Below are positions 48,501 through 59,400 of a DNA stretch of 64,000 nt, piece by piece. Source of the stretch: Pocillopora damicornis (lineage: Eukaryota). Position 1 is the stretch's first letter; the number at the start of each line of letters is the position of its first letter. Location: assembly GCF_003704095.1 (NCBI RefSeq), contig NW_020844487.1:186001-250000 (forward strand), read 5' to 3'. A program made the position numbers and the translations under genes. Under the pieces are notes generated by a model, which was not told where the DNA came from, made no database searches, and saw only the letters and a program-made list of their open reading frames with translations.

Positions 48501-49742
48501 ATAAACATCTCAGTACAGTATCGTCTGTTGAGCGGTTACTTGAAAGAGCGCACAGGTTCTACCCACATACTATACAGGTATTCACGCGTCAGTTGAACTC
48601 ATCCCATGAATTTGAATTTTTACACTGTTTGAGGAATCAGAACGGCCCTTTGATCATGGTGGTCGTTGGTTTGATACTTTTTTGGACAGATCTCCCGAAT
48701 TTTCTCCCGACGACAAATCTTAGAGGATGCTGCGAAATTTCCTGTTCAGGTTTCATTTCCGTCGCCATATTGATATTTCTCGGCTCGAATAGAGTAGATT
48801 TCTCATCCCTTGAGTCAGAGAGCTAGCTTAGTCAGTGTCTTCTATCTCAATTAAGAGTCGTGTATTTAAATTCACTGCAGGATCTTAGCTTGAGGTATGT
48901 TCTTGAGAGTATAATTGTACCGAGCAAAGTTTGTCGTTACAGCTTTTGTGCAATCACTAATCAAAAATGTTTGCTTGCACTTGTCTAATCTCTTGTGTAT
49001 TTTTTACGTTTTCATTCGATGTTTCCCCGGCAGTTACAGGAAAGAAATCCCATAAGCTATGAATTTTTCATCTTCCGCTACCTGCAGCACAAGAAAGTAA
49101 TCGAATCCTTATTTACTGAGATTTTAAAGTAGTGAAATTGAAAGCCAGGGCGCAAAGGAGTACGACTTTTCCGTTTTATGCCTTCAACGCGAAAGGTATC
49201 GAGTAAACCCACTCAAAAGCCGTGCGTAAAACCTTTCACCGTTCTTATTTCGACCGTCAATTACAAGCTATCATATCTATCAAGCTCGTTAGACACCACA
49301 GTCGGGCAGGTCGTGCAGTTATTGTTGGTAAAACCTTGTAATCTCTTGTTTTGAAATAGCTTTTTGAGGCGTTTCTGTGTCTGACAGCGGTATACTCTAT
49401 GTCTAGACAAGAGAATCTTCTCTAAAAAAGCCGCTGCAATTGTAATCTGACATGTCTTGAATAATGTATTGTTGTAACACTCCTTTGATCTGTTGGAGGT
49501 ACAAATAATTAGTCTGCTAAACACTAACGCAGGATGGCGCTACGCTGCTTTAAATAGTTCCAGACTTTTTGTTTCTAATTTTAGTAATCTCTATTTAGAC
49601 GTCTGTAAAATGGTACTATTCTCTGAGGAAAAAAGCAAAGATTTAAGTTGCTTGAATGGGTACGCTAGTGAACCTGGGACCGTGTGAGTTATGTGTCAAA
49701 AATTCTTACGGAGCTTAACCACAGAACTATTTTCGAGAGAAA

Positions 49743-49892
49743 GTGACGCAGGGCTAACGCTCGAAACGTCAGCCTTGAAACTCTTTCCGGTGGCCAATTT
49801 ACGTTATCAACTCAGTTTATAATACTGAATTACCCTGTTATACTCTCCCACCGACGAAGCACCACAGTTTCTTTAGAAACTTAGCCCCTTTA
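49743..49892 (+). mobile_element. Penelope-like terminal-repeat remnant with degenerate hammerhead ribozyme motif
   Basis: GTGACGCA-GGGCTAACGCTC-GAAACGTC followed by the same ~120 bp tail as the 27515 copy (…CTCTCCCACCGACG.AGCACCACAGTTTCTTTAGAAACTT). Confidence 0.7.
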
Positions 49893-52800
49893 TCTATTTC
49901 TGAGAGAGCTGCTTTAAATTCTCATTTTACGACCTGATTCTTCTGAGTGATTTCTTGCGTCGTTATCTTCAACCTTGTCAGGCTATAAAACACTTTTTTG
50001 ATTAGAAAAAAAACAAAAAATAGGGCGAAAGAATTAAGGATAAAACAAGAAGGAACATAGGTGGCTGGTGATAGTGAAAATTAGAAAAGACTAAATATGA
50101 CAAACCTAAAAACAACTAGATTCAAATTTTAAAGATACTCCAATTGTGGTCTTGCTGTTTCAAAGCAAGAAATGAAATTTAGTGTAGAATCCAGGCCTCC
50201 CTCATCTCAGCTGTCTCTTACTTTCAAATCCCTTGGAATTAGTGGCCGAGGGGTGGGTGGGGCGGGGGCTTTCGTGTAGAAAGTGTTTTGCCGCGATAAC
50301 CACAGCACCTTTTATCTTCGAAATACTTTTATCCCTTGTCGATTTCTGGAACTGTGCATGGGTGGGGGGTGGAGGGTTTGGTTTTTTACAGATAATTGAT
50401 TGAAAAACCCTCACTGTTTGGCCTTATCTAATTTGCTTAAACCTGCAGTACACAAGAAACATTCGGGAAAAGCTAAGTTTATGCGTGTTTGAGCAAAAAC
50501 TAAGGGCTGGAAAAAATAATGAAAAAATCAAGGAGATATCGGTAGTAGATCGTATTTGAAATAATGTATTTTCTATCTTACTGCCTTATACTGTATGTAT
50601 TAATGTTTCTCTTTAAATCACCCCATTTTCAGTTATAACTACAAATGAACGGCAAAATATTCGTATCAATTAGATTCTCGCTTGAGTGACTATTACCTTT
50701 GGTGGAAATTGAATTACACAGTTCAAGTTTTAAAAGACTTAGTTTAATTTGCTTTGGAAATCAGTTTTCTATGCACCCGTTGCACTGAACAAAAACGTTC
50801 ACATATTTTGTTTGTCTCTGTATTATCGAAACAAAAGATAACTAACGTCTGTGAGCAATGTTCACCCCCTGCAAAATGATAAGAGACCGTTGAGGTTTTG
50901 ATTATAAACGAAAGAGGCAGTGGTACAGCTTTTAGGCATGACCAATTTCCCTCGATTTTCTGCGCTGCATTTTCACAAAAATACATGAGTTTACCAATTA
51001 ATGCCTGTCGGTGACAGAATAGCGTATAAAAATACTAATTATGATAATGATGATAAAATTTAGAATTTGAACTTAATTGTCCCTACATTGATTACAAAGT
51101 CAGTGCTGTTGGGATAATTTCCTTGAAAGCGACAACTGTCTTCATTTGAGTCGATCAACGGTATACTTGATAACATTCAAAAAGCAGTTGGTAATTTTCC
51201 TTATCAGTGTTTGGATTGGAAGCTGTGTGTATTACGTTTCTCTAGTGTGCCATCTTAAACTCTCTCATTAAATGCGTCAATGAAGACAGCCATTGACAGT
51301 GTTATGCTATAACAGCAGTTCCTATCTAGTGGAGTATCGTTGTCAAGTATGTCTGTGTTTTCTCTTCGCCAATGTTTACCCAAAAGCATAAGCCTTTTGT
51401 GAATTTGAATAGACTTTAATTTGTGAAAATAAGCTGAAAACCGATTAATACATTGTAAAATTTGCTTAATTTCTTTTAAGGTGTTAATGTGACTTTATTT
51501 CGTGTACTGTTACTCATGTTAAAAAAAAAATAATAACCTCAACAACAAAAACAAGGAGTGGAAGTACTTGAAACGGAAACCCAGTTAACTTGGTTCTTGC
51601 TAAAATTACGACTGTCATACGCAGGACTAACCAGTATTTACTGGCAAGAGATGTCTTTGTTGTCGAAAATTGCCCAAACAATCTGATTCCGATTTCCGTT
51701 GCATGCAAAAACCAAAGCAGGTGACACCCCACTGATATACAGCAGCTTCGCTCATATCGCGAAAATTTAATAGAGTAGCGAGGAAAAACCTTAAATGCAA
51801 TTATTGGCATTATCTCAGCTAGTTTTCCTACCGAGATAACAATGTTTTGATTTTGCCGAAAGCGCAAGACAATAATGAGATTGTTAAAGGTTTTTGTCGG
51901 CAGCGGAAACTCGAAAGCAAACCAACTCCAACATGCAATAAAACAAGACTTAAACAGTTTTAATTTTTGATCTTGTTAATTAAGGAATACCATCCGCAGA
52001 GATGGGTGTTAAGAGTCGAGAGAGTGAATAAATTCATCTCTCAATAATAGGTTATTAATGTTGGTTGTACGTCAAGCTAATAAACTCTGGCTTTTTCGCT
52101 TTTGATGAACCTCTGGTGAAGACAATGAAATGAACGACTTTCTGACCGATTGTTTCGTATTCCTTCTTTGCACGGTTTATTATGGTCACACGACATGCAA
52201 GTCGTGTACGCCCTAAAATGCTAGGAAAATGTTTCTGACAAACTCTAAAAGTGGAAAATAAATGGGTGAAGGAGATGGCTTTCTGGCGCCCGTAGAATGT
52301 TTTTCAGCTGTGAGGTTTGAGTGGTTAATCAGACAAGATGTAATTATTAAGGTTTTCTTGCGGGAAAGCATACAGAAATAATTTGGAAATCACCTCCGCC
52401 GAGGATAAAACAAGTCAACCTTTCATTATTGCTTGGTTTAAGAAGAGTTTTTCTCGATTTAAGGAACAAATAACTCACTGAAGCTTAGAAATTGTATTCA
52501 AACTCACTGTGATGTTCTGTAGAAGTAACTGTACATACATTTCTATCTTTTTGTTAATTTTTGTTTAGCTAATTTTATATTTTTTTATATGTCGAATGTA
52601 TTGTATCCCTATCTACTGGGTAAGCACGCCAGATACGAAAACAGCAAAAAGAAAAAGGCAAAGAAATAACAAAAATTTAGAAAAACAGTGAAACTGCTCG
52701 TGGCTGTACGTTATTTTGATCAGTGTGTGGGGGATCTTTACACTGAAGTATTAACATATGTTATTCTCTCGCCTTAGGGTGGCTTTTTTCATGTTTTTTC

Positions 52801-54448
52801 TTATTCCCAACCGAAAAAAAATAGTCAAAACCACGATTGTTTTGTCTCAAGAATATAATTAATACATTCAATTTAATTTAATAACATTGGCGTAAACTGT
52901 TATGTTAAAAGGATGAAAACAGTCTCTCTTTTATTTCGATTTCAAGCAAGTTGATTATTTTTTAAACAACACTTCGTTGAAGTTCCTGTATTTACTGTTT
53001 GTTTAAATTCAAGTGAGCCATGCGTGGTTATTGAAGTTACCGAGCAAGTGCAAATTGTATCTCAATGTGCCAGCCTGCAGCACTTAGTGGTGACCTATCT
53101 TTCGGACAAAAAAGCGGGGGATGTGAAAAGCTTGGTTGATTCCGAACAGACGTTGACATTTTGCTGAGAGTTTTCCATTGTCGGTACGTTCGAGCACGTG
53201 GACAAATCCGGTCTTAGCAGACGCTAATCGAACTAAAATAGAAATGTGTTCTCATGTCCAAGGGCCGCTGGCAGTTCCAGATTAATTATTTTCAACATGT
53301 CTGTTTAAGTTGTATCTTGACACGTAATCTTTTTGTATTTATTAGAAGATAATTTGTAAACAGCTGTCTACCAGATAAGGGATGTGTTTTTGTCTTTGCA
53401 ATACGAAGGGCTTATTCTGGTCACGAAAAGTCTCGAAGTTAACCTTTGCTCCCCTCTTTTGGCGGATATTTTAACAATATCTAAATAACACCATGTTGCC
53501 TCTTCTCTTCACGCGTATCAAAGCAACAAGAATTCATAAAACAAGGCAACGAAAACTTGAAATATTGATTGAAGAGACACGAAGGTTCCCTCCAATTTTC
53601 AGACACCTCTCGAGGACTCTGTTAATATCTCCGGTCACAAAAGAATTTTCGAGATAGTTGATTCTTTCCTGATTTTCAAAGAACAATTTTACCTTCAGAG
53701 ATAGCGAGATATTAAGTTTGGTTAAGTCAACATTTTCCCCTTAATCCACTTTCCGTTACGTTTCTAATGAAATCGCTGGCGAATAATCCGTATACGTCAC
53801 ATAATCAAATACAAAAGAAAGCGAGACCAACCAGTTTCATCAAAGCGGGTTTTATTTCAAAAATTACAATTCTTTTTTCAACTACAAATAATCTCTTTCT
53901 TATCTACAGAAATTCAATTTAAATCATCTATAATACATTTTGTGTGCCGGGGAGTGTGAATTTAGCTTCCTATGAAATTTTTTTGGAACACAACTAATTT
54001 ACAACCCGTTGTTTTTTTTTAAGTCCTTTTCTTTAGAAAAATTTGCAACTCACAAAGTAGCCCTCTCAACACTTTGTGTCAAGCTTATGTAAAACAAATC
54101 GAATGTGCGAGTCCTTTTTTGCATCAGACAGTGCTTTTAGCAGTCCAATGTTGTCACAAACTTATCGTCGACTTCAAACATCATAGAAAATCCCAAGAAC
54201 TTTAATAAAAGGTTGGTATTTGATACTAACCCAGTCGCAAAACGTACAAACACAAACACACGCAAACCAAACCACACCAGAACCGAGACGGAAAAATCTT
54301 ATGTGTTTTACACAGAGTTGTTTTTTGAAAGCGAAATCCTCACTTAAATTCAGTTAGAAAAACATCGTACACTCAGTTTCTATATACACACGTTGATTTC
54401 ACGGCTGTTTTAAATTATTTCTTTCAGCAGAGCAGCTTTTTTTTCCTC

Positions 54449-57400
54449 CTATCGAGCTGATAGAGTTGTCAGCGCTAAAGCTGCGTCAATTTCTCGATAA
54501 TTCGACGTTTCTACGGTTATGCTGTGGAGAACAAGCAGAAAAAATAAAACATTTCAGATTTAAAAGATCCAACGGCAACTAAACGAAGACCCACAAAGGA
54601 ACCACCTTGACAAACTGCGTTTATTAATTTTGATATGACAATCTCAACACATGTTCCAAAGAAGTAAACAGAAAGCGTACTTCACAAAATATATTTTCAG
54701 CGAGACAACACCATTTCTTTGCTTCCGATTTGCCAAACACAAGGTACATAGATCTCCGAACCCTAATCAAATTATCAGATACAGATATAAATTATTCCTC
54801 GTTCTCTTTAGAGAATGTTTGAATTGTATCTTGTACAAAATAAATGTTAAGTGCCCTGCAGTTTTATTGTTTACCTTTTGCTTACGGTATTGAAAGCCCT
54901 CGCCGTTTCCTCTTTCCTCTCCAAGGTTATAGGTTCCTCCTTGGAAGAAGAACTTCTGTGGGGTGACTGACTTTCTATTTCTTTCTTCTCTGTTTCACTT
55001 TGAGAAGGTGTCGAACTCCGTACTGTTAAAAAATACGAGAAATATTTTGTGAACACTCGCACGACCCGGCAACTGATTTTGAGACGGGTTATTAAGAAAA
55101 ACTTAGCAATCAAGAGGGAAGATTTTCGTTAAGTTGTGCAAAACGAAGACAAGATTCAAATATTGAAATTTATTTACGCCAAGTAAAAACTCTGTGTTTG
55201 TGTTTTAAAACTGCCCAGCGGAGGGTTATTTTCTTCATCGTTCTCTCGTTTCTGAAAGCGTTCATGGGTCGGTAATTATTCTAAACGTGTCTGGAAAATT
55301 AACACTTGAAATAAATTTGTTGTGAGGCAACAAAGGCCCTTCAAAGTATTGCTGCGCTCCACAAATTCTCAGTGGGCAATGTAACATCACTGATTTTCGC
55401 TTCAAAAGCGAATGAAGTACTAGAGTGCAAGGTAAAATAAATCTGTTTGTGGGGAAATTTAAACCATGTTAGCATGTTATTCAATTAGGGTCTCATGTAT
55501 AATTTAGCTGGGAAAACAACTCGTTCTAGATGTGATCTGTACCAGACGATAAACGTGTCAGTTCGCACCAATTTGGTGAATAGTGAAGATTTTCATGAAT
55601 GCTGTAAGTTTTAAAAAGCAGTAAATCATCACACTGAAGTACGAGTTGTGCTGCTATCAAAAAAGGAAATATTTAATTATTCGCTTAGAAGTCAGGATTG
55701 ATCACTGAAGGTCTTTACAGAGCGAGCAATACTTCTCAAGTGTGTGTCTTTTTTAATGAACTCTGGCAGACATAAATGGCTTCTTCAGACAAAGCACAAA
55801 TTGCTTGTGATATATCTTGTTCTGTGACCAACTACAATCTTTCCTCTTGAAATGACGCATTTAGAAACAATGATTGCATCCTAAGCTTGCAAGTAAAGCC
55901 GCGAAAAATAAATAAAGCGATGGTAATTTGTGTCGTCTCTCCGGAAAGTATTCGATCAGAGTTCAAGGTGGTTTTCTAGAAGCGATTTTGGATACCCTGC
56001 ACGAAAACAGTTCTGTCGAAACTTTTAAAACTAGAAAATCATCTCCGTTTTGGCTCTTACCTAAAGGAAAACCAGTGACCTGAGAGTCTAAATTTAACAC
56101 AAAGGTGGAAATTTGCCACACCGCTAAGGTTGCATGCAACATTTTCAGGATACCAAAGTTCACCCTAGAGTGATTGATATTTCTGTAACGAAATCCCCGA
56201 CTACCCTACACGTAAACCGCGCAAATGAATTTACTGTACATCGCCAATAAGCTAACGGGATCCAAGCCAACGGAATATCAAAATTACTAAACCACTTTCG
56301 TTAAACAGTGTACCCTTAAAAACCATTACAGGGTTTTTTTTTTCAATAAATAAAGGGGCCATGGCTTATTGAAATTTGGCAACCCCTGCTCGAAGCCATA
56401 TTACAAGGAGGCAATGTTTAGTGCAGTTAATGATCCATAGTAATTGAACAATACAATGTTCTCAGTGGCACTTTGAGCAAGAGACCATTTCTTAACTATT
56501 TTATTCAGTTCTCTTTTATTGCGTTCAAATCTTACCTTGTATGATGACAGACGCTTCGGTGGACGATTTCTGAGGGGGTGTCGATGGAGGTGTTTCACAT
56601 GTCGAAGGACTGGTATTCACAAGACTAACAGGCGTGTTATGAAAGCATCCATCCACCCATTTCCTTAAGCTTTTGACTGGAGAATCTTCTGGGTCACCAG
56701 TAGTAACACACTGAACAGCCCGTAATGCTTGAAATTGAACGACAGGATTAGCCGTTCTGTTTGGCGAACTTTCCGTGCTCAAGTTATGGGTTTTTTTAGG
56801 CTGCTCCGCAACATCCATCGTATTCGACGGCGTGTTTTCCTCCTTTTCATCTTTCTCGCGCGTTTCTGTTCAACAAACAAAGGATACGTGGGAGTTTTTT
56901 CTGACCACTCAGAAAAACCATTCCATTTAAAGTTCCCCCGTGTTTCTCTGAGCCACTCACTGATCTCAAAGTACCAGCCATTACACAAAGATAGAAATAG
57001 CTTAATCCGAAATTGTTTTCGTTGTTTCAGAACAGTACGTAACGCTAAACTTTTCAAACGATAGCACCCACGAAAAACAACAATTTTGCTACAAACTGTA
57101 TGAGGACCACAGCATGATTTCCAGCTGTAGCGCTAAGAAAGTTTATTACATCTCCGATCTGGCTTTCTCAGAAATTTCAAATAAAGAAAAAATCCCTTCT
57201 CGGGCCGATGTCTAGCAGGCAAACACCAGACAATACAAACACTAGACGCGCTTAAAAATAGATGAGTTGTATAGGAGGACTTTAGCTTAATCCCTGACAA
57301 TATTCGACCGATATATCTAAAATCGACGAGTCGATGTAAACAGGAATATGTTTCCACAATCAATACCTTTAATGTTAGTTATATTTTCTTCTTTATCATC

Positions 57401-58868
57401 GCAAAGTTTCTCTTCTTCGCTGCCGCTGTGTTCAGCGTCTGAATCGCTTACAGTGTCTTCGTCTTCGCCGCCCTCTTTTTTCTCGCCACATCGATTCCTC
57501 GGAGACCAAGTCATTTTATTCTCCTTTTTAAGCCTTCGTCTTGCGTTCGCAAACCAAGTTGAAACTTGCGTTAATGTCATCTTTGTCATTATAGCTAGCA
57601 TTATTTTTTCGCCTTTTGTAGGATATGGGTTTTTTCTATGTTCATAAAGCCAAGCTTTGAGTGTGCTTGTTGTCTCTCTGGTAGCGTTCTTCCGTCTCGC
57701 TCCCGCAGCGGCCAAATCGATCGGAGAAAACCTTTAAAACACGAAAGCCATTTCCAAGTTACAATTTTGCGCCAATTGTAATTTAACTAGTTAGCTGAAA
57801 TGTTTAATACTAGCTGTGTGTATATTTCTCTAGAGAATTCGATCGTCATTGTTTGCTCACAAACTTGATTAATCTTAACGATATCAGTATTGAAATGATT
57901 GGTAAAAGGAACCTTTCCATATTTAAGTTCTTCCGCCACTAATAACCAACCTAAATAAAGACAAGTATTGCCTCTCTCAATGTTGCGGTGGGTAGCAAAT
58001 TCGACTTGCACGGAATTGTAGTTAAACACGTTCACTAGCACAAGAAACTCGAACAGTTTGCTTAAGTGGTCTAGTAACTATCGGCAAAGACATTTAATTT
58101 ATTTACCTTTCTCCGAGTCCCGGACACGATGTGTGGGAATGAGGATCAAACCCATGAATCTCTAAAGGATGTCGAGCAGCAGTAGCTTGAGCTAAGTACC
58201 AAGAATCTCTCCACTCTTTGATGTCGCACGCTCGTGCCTATTCGATTAAAGATCGCCCAAGCAAAGAAAATGAGAAAGAACTCAAGAAACAATTATTAGG
58301 CTCAATTAACTTAATGGAGAAGAAAAAAATACTTAAGGCACAATTACATCAGTGAAACAAGTGGCGTAAAAGAGAGATCAATTAATCGGGAGACTAGCGA
58401 AGGGGGAATAAAAATTACACGAGGTTGTTTAAATTCACAATCGTACGGTTAAGTCTCACTCACTAGAGGCGAATAGAAAGCAGACAAGTCTGCAGTCGAT
58501 CCTATTGTGAAACCAGCTTCGTTGAACGGCGGTCTTGGAAGCAAGTTTACTGGCATTGCAGAAACTCGATGTTGAAGGACGCGATCTAACTGACAAGGAC
58601 ACAACGAGGGCGAAGATAGGCCGTCGTGCAAAGGTGAACGCACAGATTCACAACAAGAAGTATGGGCGCCTGGAATCATCAGCTGCGAAAAAAAAAAACC
58701 GAGACGGGTACACAAAATCATGTCTGGTTTTCATGGAGATGAAATTTACATTGTTCGTGGCATCGAATGTGGTCGAACAAGTTGCTGACAACTCGAAAAT
58801 CTTACCTGTGGGGAGAATGTACATCCAAACTGAGGACAAGAAATCTTTGTAGCAGCAGAGTTTGCCAT
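54449..58868 (-). CDS. Irx: Iroquois-class TALE homeobox transcription factor; 7 coding exons, ~442 aa
   Basis: Exons 58868-58806, 58682-58464, 58237-58107, 57731-57367, 56865-56536, 55022-54875, 54521-54449. Total 1329 nt, phases consistent. N-terminal SCPQFG, TSCCES motif, homeodomain [64 protein letters not shown], acidic tract and [10 protein letters not shown] motif. The last two exons are less certain than the homeobox exon. Confidence 0.93.
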
Positions 58869-59199
58869 CAGTGTTCAAGACGGAGCATCAAGGAACTGAG
58901 TCGATCGACAAGTAGATTGAAATCGTAGCAATCGAGACGTAAATAAATTAACAAGACGAAAAAAATGTTTACTGCCGTATTTCTTAGCCCAAGCTCGGGC
59001 CGAGTGAATAAAATGGCTACTGAGTTGTAGCGGTGTCGATTGAGTTTGTTAGGCAGCTAGTATTGATGTACTGTACATACACATGGAACAGTCGTTGAGC
59101 ACCGTTCAGATCCTGTGTGCACAAAACAATATCTTCAATCGTTTCATCTTGTAGTTTCTACAAGGGCTACCGTCAATTTTGACACTTCGTGACACAACG

Positions 59200-59400
59200 T
59201 TTGCTGGTCGAACCAATCGAATTAAAAAGGGAACAAGCTTTGTATTGAAAACGCGAGAAAATGATTGGCAGAACTTGGCTTGTTAACTAGGCTTACATTT
59301 ATTATTGTCTACTGCCAACATGGAAAACGACACGGGTGACAGGGAAAACCCGCCCATGTGGGTGTTTTTGCGGAGTATTGCTCCGCCCAACTGGGTGCAC
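59200..59400 (-). promoter_or_regulatory. Putative Irx proximal promoter
   Basis: CCAAT boxes (~59213 and ~59263 reversed) and GC boxes CCGCCC (~59350, ~59383), 350-520 bp upstream of the Irx ATG. Confidence 0.4.

Noticed and set aside
48637-48768. 43-aa small ORF (MATEMKPEQ...) with good start context on the minus strand
   Set aside because: No homology or splice evidence; an ORF this short is expected by chance.
56866-56959. Upstream acceptor for Irx exon 5 (gatcag|TG)
   Set aside because: It leads to an early stop; the acceptor at 56865 gives the frame containing [10 protein letters not shown].
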